Below, one piece after another: positions 1 through 7,793 of a DNA stretch of 33,468 nucleotides. The stretch's first letter is position 1, and the number at the start of each line of letters is the position of its first letter. The notes under the pieces are model-generated. The model made no database searches, was not told the DNA's origin, and worked only from the letters and a program-made list of their open reading frames with translations. The position numbers and the translations under genes are program-made. Source of the stretch: a virus. Location of the stretch: UHGV virus genome UHGV-0120943. One strand, written 5' to 3'.

Positions 1-127
1 CCATCTCTCCACAGGCAAGAACGGCGTGCCCCGCCGCTAAAATGTTACGAGCGCCGTTTTCATCGGCGTTCGCTATATATCCACAGACCAGGCATCTGAA
101 TTTACTTTGTGACAGGCGATGCACCAT
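1..127 (-). pseudogene. TnpB-like (IS200/IS605 family) C-terminal fragment, truncated; continues past window start
   Basis: Minus-strand translation from 127 down to 1 reads [42 protein letters not shown]..., matching the C-terminal zinc-finger/RuvC-III region of TnpB (CxxCG...NADxNxAxNIL). An in-frame stop lies just upstream at 146-148 and the ATPase gene occupies the space where the N-terminal body would be. Confidence 0.35.
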
Positions 128-211
128 ATGTTGATGCCTTTCATTTTAAAGATTATTATCTAATATTGTTCGATTTAACGCATTGTTCCAAAATAAAATG
201 AGAGTACTTTA

Positions 212-1396
212 ATGATCAGAACAATAGCAATACGTAATTTCAAATCGTTGGTTGATGTCTCGATCAACCTACAAAAATTTAATTGTTTTGTAGGCATGAA
301 CAGTGCGGGTAAAAGTAGCATATTGCAGGCTATCGACTTCATATCGCAACAAATGCATGGATACCTCTACCTCTGGTTAGAAGATCGTGGCTGGGAGTCG
401 AAGGATCTGTACTCTCGAACGAGCAATACTAAAGCGTTTTCTCAACCACTGTTCATAGAAGTTATTTATGATCTGGACGGAAAATGCCTCGTCTGGCAAG
501 GTCATTTCAATCGTAGCCTTATGAGAATGACCCGAGAAAGTATCCATATAGACGGAGAAATGTACCTTGAGGTTATTGATGGGAAGTACAGAACACATGG
601 AAGAAGCTATGACTCAATACCTTTTGAGTATAGTGGTTCAATTTTGGCAACATTAAAAGATAACGTCATTTCTTCTGATGTTATTCATTTTCGTGATGCG
701 CTGAAAAATATCCGCTCTCTCGAGTTACTGTCTCCTCATTTATTGCGAAAGCGCTCCCGTTCGGAAATTAAACCCTCCGGAGTCGGCATTGGTGGAGAAA
801 AACTTTCGGGATACATTGATACGTTAACTCACGATGATAAAAAGATACTTCAACAGATACTCATAAAATTCTACCCACAGATAGTTGGTCTGAGAACGTC
901 GACGTTGAAAGGTGGTTGGAAACGACTGATTATTCAGGAGCGCTTTGTCGATGCAAACGGTGATGAGGCTATTTGCGAGACCGAAGCCGGACAACTCAAT
1001 GACGGATTGTTGCGTATTTTGGCCGTAATTGCTCAGCTAGAGTCCAAAGACGGGTCATTGCTTCTCTTGGATGAGATCGAAAACGGGATTAATCCGCAAG
1101 TTATTGAGCTGCTGGTAGATACTTTGGTTAATGCAAAAACGCAAGTCATTGTGACAACGCATAGCCCAATGATCCTCAATTATCTTGAAGATGATGTTGC
1201 GCGTAAGGGCATCCAGTTTGTTTATAAATCGCCACAAGGGCAAACGCGTGTCCGACCTTTCTTTGAAATGCAGCGTATAAATGAAAAACTTCAGGTCATG
1301 GGGCCTGGTGAAGCATTCATTGATACCGACCTTCAACGGCTGGCGCATGAAAATATAGAGCTTGATGAGATGCGACAAGACCTTATTAAGGATTGA
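212..1396 (+). CDS. ABC/OLD-type ATPase (AAA_15/AAA_21-like), candidate PARIS AriA-like defense ATPase
   Basis: 394-aa ORF. N-terminal IRNFKSL plus Walker A GMNSAGKSS; Walker B/D-loop LLLLDEIENGINPQ; H-loop VIVTTHSPMILN. Stop overlaps the downstream start (TGATG). Confidence 0.8.
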   Translation: MIRTIAIRNFKSLVDVSINLQKFNCFVGMNSAGKSSILQAIDFISQQMHGYLYLWLEDRGWESKDLYSRTSNTKAFSQPLFIEVIYDLDGKCLVWQGHFNRSLMRMTRESIHIDGEMYLEVIDGKYRTHGRSYDSIPFEYSGSILATLKDNVISSDVIHFRDALKNIRSLELLSPHLLRKRSRSEIKPSGVGIGGEKLSGYIDTLTHDDKKILQQILIKFYPQIVGLRTSTLKGGWKRLIIQERFVDANGDEAICETEAGQLNDGLLRILAVIAQLESKDGSLLLLDEIENGINPQVIELLVDTLVNAKTQVIVTTHSPMILNYLEDDVARKGIQFVYKSPQGQTRVRPFFEMQRINEKLQVMGPGEAFIDTDLQRLAHENIELDEMRQDLIKD

Positions 1397-2154
1397 TGAT
1401 GATTGTTGTATTGAGTGGAGAGGGGCCGTCTGATCTCGGCAGTTGTGTAAACGGGCAGGGAGAATGTCTGATAAATGATTTCAACCATGGCCCGATGACA
1501 TATTTTATAGATAAAGAGCTGGAAACATTGCTTGGGTTCTCTCTTCTTGAAATAACGCCAGATCGTTACATTTTTGTCTCAAAATCTGAGCTGATCAGAC
1601 TGACTTCAGCGAAGCGACAAAACCGATCTAGTATGAGTCTGTTAGGGAAGAAAAGGCCTGAAAAAGAGACAGGTTACTTTTATCTCAATGCTTTAATACT
1701 GGGGAATAGAGCTGCTGAGCTTGCAATTGAGCATGAAGATCCCGCAGTGATCGCAGTACTTTTTAGGGACTCTGATGGCACACGTTCTGCGAATTTATCG
1801 CTATGGCAGGATAAAGTAAACTCGATACGTCATGGATTTGATAATTCAGCTATAGGCGAACGCGGTGTTGCCATGGTTCCTAAGCCTAAGTCTGAGAGTT
1901 GGATGCTATGTGTGCTGAGAGATGGTTATGAACACTGCGCAAGGCTGGAAGATTTATCCGGGAATGATAATGTCCCCGACTCAGCTAAAAGGCAGCTGGA
2001 AGAGGCTTTAGGAAGTAATGCTTCGACATCGGCACAGATTCATCACCTCAAGCAAAGTGGCATTGATACGGCAAGACTTGCTGCACAGATGCCGAGTTAT
2101 GACGCGTTCCAACTAAGTTTGGCTGCTGCATTTCGCTTGGCTGCACAGGTTTAG
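1396..2154 (+). CDS. TOPRIM-like (OLD-family/DUF4435-like) partner of the upstream ATPase, candidate AriB-like effector
   Basis: About 252 aa, translationally coupled to the ATPase. N-terminal IVVLSGEGPSD fits the OLD-family TOPRIM hhhxEGxxD motif; a later AVLFRDSDGT supplies a DxD-type acidic motif. Track start 1393 is TTG; ATG at 1396 or 1399 is more likely. Confidence 0.65.
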   Translation: MMIVVLSGEGPSDLGSCVNGQGECLINDFNHGPMTYFIDKELETLLGFSLLEITPDRYIFVSKSELIRLTSAKRQNRSSMSLLGKKRPEKETGYFYLNALILGNRAAELAIEHEDPAVIAVLFRDSDGTRSANLSLWQDKVNSIRHGFDNSAIGERGVAMVPKPKSESWMLCVLRDGYEHCARLEDLSGNDNVPDSAKRQLEEALGSNASTSAQIHHLKQSGIDTARLAAQMPSYDAFQLSLAAAFRLAAQV

Positions 2155-2192
2155 AGTCCGTACATAATTCGGTGCAAATGCCTTTATCTGAC

Positions 2193-2212
2193 GTGACCGC
2201 TCAAGCGGTCAC
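2193..2212. repeat. Perfect inverted repeat GTGACCGC-TCAA-GCGGTCAC, no U-tract
   Basis: 8-bp perfect stem with 4-nt loop, 39 bp after the stop of the TOPRIM-like gene. No T-run on either strand, so not a typical intrinsic terminator. Confidence 0.5.
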
Positions 2213-2539
2213 AGACCTCGATAATAAGCAACTCATAATCATTCGCCAGCCACACCGTATGCTCTCCTGCAAACGAACCATCTATTTTAAGAAAGTCTCT
2301 GGTACTCGAACTTCCGCTTATGGCACAGAGCGGACTGTCATATTAGGTTTGGCTCCACGCCATAGATATGTCAGTTCATATCTTATCTAATACACACAAT
2401 AACTTTCTCATTCTTAGAGAATTATTCTTTTAAGGGTAGGTGTTGACGTTAGAGCAAAAGAATGGTGATTTTTTTGATGTGTATTACGTTGGAACTAATG
2501 GGAATAACTATCTGTTTTCAACGCACAGCTAATTTATCA

Positions 2540-2559
2540 AGGCCCTTTGATCAGGGCCT
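2540..2559 (-). terminator. Hairpin downstream of the minus-strand peptidase/membrane-protein operon
   Basis: AGGCCCT-TTGATC-AGGGCCT, 7-bp stem, 26 bp past the stop at 2585; modest U-run on the minus-strand transcript. Confidence 0.35.
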
Positions 2560-2584
2560 CCGAAAGACTGTTGGACCGAGAGAG

Positions 2585-3190
2585 TTACTTGCGTTTAAAA
2601 AGGTATTTTGTCACGACCAGCACGAGGCCGAATACCTCTGTCAAAGTACCGCCCATGTACAACTGGAGCGTTAAGTCTTTAAATACAAGCCATCCAGCAC
2701 CAGTGGCAAAAAATACACCATTCATTATCAGAAGTTGGCAAGCAAGGATAATCAGGAACCATTTGCCATAGCGTTTTTTTAGATCGATTTCAGCTTCAAA
2801 ATCTTTGTTGTTGAGTTGTTTGCGCTCATGCTCGGTATCAAGTGAATCCACCTGCTTCACAGATGTGAACTCGGTCAAGATTTTGCTCTCAGTACGGGTG
2901 ACTTGTTGAGATGGTGTAGCAGTTGGAATTCTTTTGATTGACGCAGCTACAGCCATTTTGCGAGCTTCGGCAGCTCTTTTTCTGGCTATTCCGTGAATAC
3001 GGGCAGACGGTTTTTTTGGAGCGTGCGAAACCTTTGGCTGAGGTGAAGTTTCGTCGGGAGACTGAACCGGGGTTTCATCGTCCCCCGGCTCAACCTCTTC
3101 TGCTAACTGACGGTGTAGGTTGAGGGAATCCTTCAGTCGGCGTGCAACTTCCTGTTTGAAACGGCTGTTAAAATCGTCATCCGATGGCAT
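2585..3190 (-). CDS. Membrane-anchored protein with charged low-complexity N-terminal region and two C-terminal hydrophobic helices; candidate effector
   Basis: 201-aa ORF starting 9 bp after the ImmA-like stop. C-terminus WFLIILACQLLIMNGVFFATGAGWLVF ... EVFGLVLVVTKYLF is predicted transmembrane. Confidence 0.6.
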   Translation of the reverse strand: MPSDDDFNSRFKQEVARRLKDSLNLHRQLAEEVEPGDDETPVQSPDETSPQPKVSHAPKKPSARIHGIARKRAAEARKMAVAASIKRIPTATPSQQVTRTESKILTEFTSVKQVDSLDTEHERKQLNNKDFEAEIDLKKRYGKWFLIILACQLLIMNGVFFATGAGWLVFKDLTLQLYMGGTLTEVFGLVLVVTKYLFKRK

Positions 3191-3199
3191 TCTAAAGCG

Positions 3200-3688
3200 T
3201 TACCCCAACCTCAAGTTCTTTAAACGATAAGTCATCGCATCGTCAGATACGCCAAAATAATGCGCCATTATATAACTTGGTTGGCCGTCAGCGTGCAGTT
3301 TTCTGACCTCATCAACCGGCATCAGAAGTTCTGCTGCGAACTTGTTCGCAAAAATTTCATCAGGATGCGTTCCGGCGCTTGCGGTTTCGCCACGTAAATC
3401 AACGTACTCATATTCATCACTATGCGATGCTTGCCGGGCGATGTAATGCCCCAACTCATGCCCACATGAAAAACGTTGACGAACTTTGTTGTCATCACTG
3501 TTTAGAAAGATCGCTGGATCTTGATCTTTTTGTTTAATCAGTGCGCCAGAAACTTTCCCAGGAAGATCGGTAATAAAAACATCTAATCCCATGTCGTGAG
3601 CAATTTTCGCTGGATCAACAGGGAAACCACGCCCGCACCAGAACGTGTCCAGCACTCGCCGGGCGTGCTCTCTTGGGTTGGTAGCCAT
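3200..3688 (-). CDS. ImmA/IrrE-family zinc metallopeptidase (HEXXH)
   Basis: 162-aa ORF with HELGHY zinc-binding motif in the FSCGHELGHYIARQ context typical of ImmA/IrrE (COG2856/DUF955). GGAGGAG Shine-Dalgarno upstream of the ATG. Confidence 0.8.
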   Translation of the reverse strand: MATNPREHARRVLDTFWCGRGFPVDPAKIAHDMGLDVFITDLPGKVSGALIKQKDQDPAIFLNSDDNKVRQRFSCGHELGHYIARQASHSDEYEYVDLRGETASAGTHPDEIFANKFAAELLMPVDEVRKLHADGQPSYIMAHYFGVSDDAMTYRLKNLRLG

Positions 3689-4164
3689 AGCTCCTCCAGT
3701 TACTGCATTACGATTGTTGGTCGAAATATAGACAACATGTTCCGTACCACATTCCTGTAAAAGTGCAAATTCTGCACTTCTGGTACGATATTAACTGTTA
3801 GTAGTAAAGTCTTCCAGATAAATCACTTTAAAATCGTGTGAATTGCTTGCTTTTTACGCTGCATTGTGGATGGCTCAATGTTTCCAGTAAAAACATACAT
3901 GATAATCATGAGATTAGTGGTTTTTTAGCATGATCTTAAGCCTGGTGCAGAAAATATCCCTTTAACGTATACCGCATTTTATGTCACACGCCAGAAGCCA
4001 CACCCCAAGCGGCCTGATAAGAAAGCATCTACTGTTTGAAGGATTTTGAAGCTTTTTCCCGTGACAAGATCCAGTTAACTGTTAGAATTCTTCGAGCCGA
4101 ATCGGTGGTTTTAGCCCATTCGTTAAAAATAAAAAGCATAAATATCATAGAGTAAGTTCAAAAC

Positions 4165-4932
4165 ATGCAGGCTCAACCTAAGACTAAACACCAAGAATTG
4201 GTCGATAAGCTATCATTCTACATAGACACCAAAACGCCTATAGAAGCTTTTGTGGCAGCAGATATTCAGCATGAGATTGGTTCTTTACCACCAGAATCCC
4301 GTTCTTATGTTACTGCTTTGCTTAAGGTTGCACTTAAAGATCATGATGCCGCTGTTGAGTGGTTCAAAGACGCCATGATGACTTCTGGTGATAATTCGGC
4401 GATAGTTGCTGGTAACTATGTGGGCTACCTGAGCTGCTCTGGTCATAATCTTTTCCATAGAATGGAAGTGTTCCGCCTGGTTGACGTATTCTGTACGCAA
4501 CGGATCAGAAAAATGGCGCGGAATGCTGCTTATTGCATCGGTAACGATAGGCTTGTTAAAAAGTATACCGTTATGATGAAAGCCTTACTTGATGGCGAAG
4601 AGCGAGATAGTATTGAACGTGAGGGCGCACAAATGGCAGAAGCTATTGTAAAATTCAAAGAGGCCACAGAGCTAACCTCATCTGAAATCGAGCAATTATG
4701 TGATGCTGCTGAACAGATTGCTAACAACCACGGCGTAAATTGTATCGGCATCGAATACTTCCTCAGTGGCGGATATGACAATGCAATTATCCTTTTCGCT
4801 GAAACTGAAGATTCCGATACACTTACGACGATGAATCTTGAACTAGTTGATCTTCTTGCTCATGATACTTACATTGACCGGCCTTTTACTTCGTGGTTTA
4901 AAAGCGCTGAAATGAAAGGAGCTGAACTATGA
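4165..4932 (+). CDS. Hypothetical protein, first gene of an overlapping two-gene module
   Basis: 255-aa ORF in the low-GC island; stop overlaps the start of the next ORF (ATGA). No family recognised. Confidence 0.6.
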   Translation: MQAQPKTKHQELVDKLSFYIDTKTPIEAFVAADIQHEIGSLPPESRSYVTALLKVALKDHDAAVEWFKDAMMTSGDNSAIVAGNYVGYLSCSGHNLFHRMEVFRLVDVFCTQRIRKMARNAAYCIGNDRLVKKYTVMMKALLDGEERDSIEREGAQMAEAIVKFKEATELTSSEIEQLCDAAEQIANNHGVNCIGIEYFLSGGYDNAIILFAETEDSDTLTTMNLELVDLLAHDTYIDRPFTSWFKSAEMKGAEL

Positions 4933-5327
4933 GCGTAACTGGTCAGAACTTCATTGAGTTTGCAGATAAATGCATCGCATTTGGAGATGAAATAGGATTC
5001 AGAAACGCGGTGGGACGTTCATACTATGGCGTGTTTCATGAAATCTGCAGCAAGTTAGAGCACTGCTACGTACTGACATCTCATGAAGGTGTGCGTAAGT
5101 ATTTAATGAGTGAAGCTCAGTGTAAGAAAGAGCCTTACGATAAAACAGCCCTGAGAAAGATTGGTGTCCTTTTACATCATCTGCATGTTCAAAGGAAATG
5201 GGCTGATTACACACTTGAGCGTGACTTGACCAAGGCTGACGCCGAATCTGCGATGAAATCCGCAAAGGAAGCCATGAAGCAAATCAAGACAATGCATGAG
5301 ACGGTTTATCCGCCTTCCGCTGCATAA
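4929..5327 (+). CDS. Hypothetical protein with possible HEPN-like R-x6-H motif
   Basis: 132-aa ORF coupled to the upstream gene. R30-SYYGVF-H37 matches the Rx4-6H pattern of HEPN RNases, but its N-terminal position is atypical; tentative. Confidence 0.55.
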   Translation: MSVTGQNFIEFADKCIAFGDEIGFRNAVGRSYYGVFHEICSKLEHCYVLTSHEGVRKYLMSEAQCKKEPYDKTALRKIGVLLHHLHVQRKWADYTLERDLTKADAESAMKSAKEAMKQIKTMHETVYPPSAA

Positions 5328-5343
5328 GTAACATAGTCCTTAG

Positions 5344-5363
5344 CCCCACCCTGGTGGGGTTTT
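5344..5363 (+). terminator. Rho-independent terminator
   Basis: CCCCAC-CCTG-GTGGGG followed by TTTT, 17 bp after the stop at 5327. Confidence 0.6.
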
Positions 5364-5610
5364 ACGCCTGGCTGCTGAGGCAGGTGTGTTTAAACAAATC
5401 CCCGCGAGATGCAGTGGGTCAGTTCTTTTTCCCTTTTCGTCGAGCGCTTCTTTTACCCACTCTTCAAGTTTCATTTTGCGAGCTCTGGCGCTGTTGTTCC
5501 ATACTGCTTTTGAGAGCCGTTACAGGAACGCCTTTTTCTCTCCAGTCATTATCTTTCCCTGGAGTACTGATAAAGACGACTCCATCAACAAACATTTTAT
5601 GATGTGATGT

Positions 5611-5638
5611 ACAAAAAGAAAAATCCCGCTATGCGGGG
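5611..5638 (-). terminator. Rho-independent terminator for minus-strand transcription
   Basis: Hairpin CCCGC-TAT-GCGGG; on the minus strand it is followed by UUUUUCUUUUU. Confidence 0.45.
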
Positions 5639-5819
5639 TTAACCTAATTTTTTTTTCGCTTCTTACTTCTTATCCCACATTCCATGCATTCTTTCTATCT
5701 CAGCATCAGTTAAATCATCCAGCCCAACAATTTCAGAGCCGTGACGATAAACGAAAACGCACACACTCTCCAACGTTAGTCAAAAATAGTCACGCGCAGC
5801 GCAGCACCCGCGCTCACTC

Positions 5820-5850
5820 GATTATTTATAATACCTATTGATTATTTATA
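5820..5850 (+). promoter_or_regulatory. Two 11-bp direct repeats (GATTATTTATA) overlapping a consensus -10 (TATAAT); candidate operator/promoter
   Basis: Repeats at 5820-5830 and 5840-5850, 20 bp centre to centre; TATAAT at 5827-5832; no good -35. Confidence 0.35.
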
Positions 5851-5867
5851 TATCATATGGGGATATT

Positions 5868-6503
5868 ATGAATGGTTTTTACGACGACTGGCCTGAAACG
5901 TTCGTCACCCGACTGGACATGTTGCGAGCGCTGGATAACAGAGGGGCAACCCGGAGACTCTACACAAAACGTACAGGGGCGATTTACAACGCGCTGGCTG
6001 ACGAGGTTCGTGATGCCGTGGCTGGATTCAATACCAGTGAACTCGACTTAGGACCACTCTACCGGTATTACAAACGTGGAGGAGAGGGCGAAGTGCTGGC
6101 AGACACACTGATCGCACTGGCACCGCCTGTGTGCAGGCGCGTAATGATTTCCCCTGACGTATATACAATACCGTACCTGTTTTTTGCGCTGTTGATAGCG
6201 CGAGGAGAGGACGACGATGCACGTGATTTTTTCAATATGATGATGCGGCCGCTAATCGTGGCGTACCGGTTCAAACAACTGGCGCGTTACCTGGGAACAA
6301 AGGGCGGAGGGAGGCCACAGCACAGGCTTAAAGACGAGGCATTACAGATTGCAGAGGTTTTTTTCACAAATAACCCCCACGCACGGGTTAGTGCGGCGGT
6401 GGCACGTATTAACGAAATTCTCGTAAAAAAATATGCGGACGTTCCGGCGGAATCAACAATCAGAAAATGGTTAACCCCTGTTTATGGAAATGAAAAAAAA
6501 TAA
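5868..6503 (+). CDS. Hypothetical prophage protein
   Basis: Track ORF starts at TTG 5838; ATG at 5868 has a GGGGA Shine-Dalgarno 6 nt upstream. No family recognised. Confidence 0.6.
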   Translation: MNGFYDDWPETFVTRLDMLRALDNRGATRRLYTKRTGAIYNALADEVRDAVAGFNTSELDLGPLYRYYKRGGEGEVLADTLIALAPPVCRRVMISPDVYTIPYLFFALLIARGEDDDARDFFNMMMRPLIVAYRFKQLARYLGTKGGGRPQHRLKDEALQIAEVFFTNNPHARVSAAVARINEILVKKYADVPAESTIRKWLTPVYGNEKK

Positions 6504-6610
6504 CCATAAACCGTTTTTTCCGGGAATAAACCGTTTAATCAAATTCACGAGATGAATATAATTGCTCATTATTCCCCCATCGCATTTGACGTTATGACAT
6601 ACGATAAAAA

Positions 6611-6630
6611 ATACTGTATATATATACAGG
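6611..6630. promoter_or_regulatory. Near-consensus LexA (SOS) box
   Basis: ATACTGTATATATATACAGG against consensus TACTGTATATATATACAGTA: perfect CTGT-N8-ACAG core. Sits between a TTGACG -35-like hexamer (6586-6591) and the RBS of the ORF at 6650. Confidence 0.7.
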
Positions 6631-6649
6631 ATTTCTGTCAGGGGGAAAT

Positions 6650-6829
6650 ATGAACACACACGAGGCGATCAGCAAATTACCGGATACGTGCCGGGCTGTA
6701 ATCAAACGAGAAGATGGGCGCGTAGTGAGTGTGCGTGTTCTCAGCGACGACGAGCGGATTGCCAGCCTGATGGCGTTTCTCGAGTTGGCAGAAATAGCTG
6801 GATATACTATTACACCCCCTGACGCGTAA
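6650..6829 (+). CDS. Small hypothetical protein (59 aa), candidate SOS-regulated gene
   Basis: ATG at 6650 preceded by AGGGGG Shine-Dalgarno; TAA at 6827-6829. Below the 60-aa cutoff of the ORF track. Translation MNTHEAISKLPDTCRAVIKREDGRVVSVRVLSDDERIASLMAFLELAEIAGYTITPPDA. Confidence 0.45.
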   Translation: MNTHEAISKLPDTCRAVIKREDGRVVSVRVLSDDERIASLMAFLELAEIAGYTITPPDA

Positions 6830-6906
6830 AACACGGTATAATATCGGTGCTGGATTGAACACCCGGCACCATTTTCTGAACACTGCCGCGCCACCTGGAG
6901 TTAACC

Positions 6907-7503
6907 ATGGCGCAGCATTCATTTATCAGGGTATCCGGCGGTTCGCTAATACCCGCGACACCAGACACGCAACGCTGGTTGACTGAACGAGTCAAACCAG
7001 GTGCTGTTGTGTATGCAGATTTCAAACAGGCGCGTAATCCCGCGTTTCATCGTAAATTTTTCTCACTTCTCAACCTGGGCTTTGATTACTGGCATCCGTC
7101 CGGAGGGGCTATTTCTCCTGCGGAGCGCGAACTGGTTCACGGCTACGTTAAATTACTGGCGTATTACGGTGGACACGGCGATGTCATGGCAGAGCTGGCT
7201 GATCAGTATCTTCTCGATGAATCGGAAAAGCGCGCGGGGAATATCAGTGCGGTGAAGTCGTTCGAGGCGTTTCGCGCATGGGCGATTATGGAAGCTGGGT
7301 TTTATGACGTTCATCAGATGCCAGACGGTAGTTTGATGCGCGTACCTCGTTCAATCTCGTTTGCTGCGATGGACGATCTTGAGTTCGGTCAACTGTATTC
7401 AGCCGTTTTAGATGTGCTGTGGAATTATATTTTGTTCCGCACGTTTGCCTCTCAGGAGGCCGCTGAAAATGCTGCCGCGCAGCTGTTGGATTACACATCA
7501 TGA
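6907..7503 (+). CDS. Lambdoid nin-region protein, YbcN/DUF1367-like
   Basis: 198-aa ORF; my recollection of the YbcN/DUF1367 family and its position before a YbcO-like gene and Q. Start has a GGAG Shine-Dalgarno. Confidence 0.6.
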   Translation: MAQHSFIRVSGGSLIPATPDTQRWLTERVKPGAVVYADFKQARNPAFHRKFFSLLNLGFDYWHPSGGAISPAERELVHGYVKLLAYYGGHGDVMAELADQYLLDESEKRAGNISAVKSFEAFRAWAIMEAGFYDVHQMPDGSLMRVPRSISFAAMDDLEFGQLYSAVLDVLWNYILFRTFASQEAAENAAAQLLDYTS

Positions 7504-7793
7504 AAAAAATCGACCTGAGAAAAGCTGCACGTGGTCGCGCTTGTACTGTGCGTATCCCCGGTGTGTGCAATCACAAGCCTGAAACCAGCGTACTGGCTCA
7601 TTATCGTCTCGCCGGAACGTGCGGCACAGCCATCAAACCTCACGATATGCAGGGCGCTATCGCCTGCAGTGCGTGTCACGATGCCATCGACGGACGTACA
7701 AAAACGGATTACGAGCGTGATTCCTTATTACTGATGCACGCTGAGGGAGTTTTCAGAACACTGGCTATCTGGCGCGATGAGGGGGTTATCTGA
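7500..7793 (+). CDS. Cys-rich nin-region protein, YbcO/DUF1364-like
   Basis: 97-aa ORF, ATGA overlap with the upstream gene; conserved cysteines (CTVRIPGVCN ... IACSACHDAIDGR). Confidence 0.6.
   Translation: MKKIDLRKAARGRACTVRIPGVCNHKPETSVLAHYRLAGTCGTAIKPHDMQGAIACSACHDAIDGRTKTDYERDSLLLMHAEGVFRTLAIWRDEGVI

Noticed and set aside
377-1378. Minus-strand ORFs 377-598 and 1055-1378 inside the ATPase gene
   Set aside because: Fully embedded antisense to a gene with clear Walker A/B motifs; no RBS and odd composition. Treated as shadow ORFs.
2172-2771. Plus-strand ORFs 2172-2390, 2462-2674 and 2547-2771
   Set aside because: Mutually overlapping in different frames, no convincing RBS, rich in rare residues, and partly antisense to the 3' end of the membrane-protein gene. 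Probably non-coding.
5354-5607. Two overlapping plus-strand ORFs (82 and 73 aa) after the 5344-5363 terminator
   Set aside because: They overlap in different frames, start inside or just after a terminator, lack an RBS, and have low-complexity Ser/Phe/Leu-rich translations.
5663-5779. Short minus-strand reading frame (...VYRHGSEIVGLDDLTDAEIERMHGMWDKK) ending beside the 5611-5638 terminator
   Set aside because: Only about 35 codons between stops, with no ATG and no properly spaced RBS. Possibly the decayed 3' end of a lost gene; not callable as a CDS.
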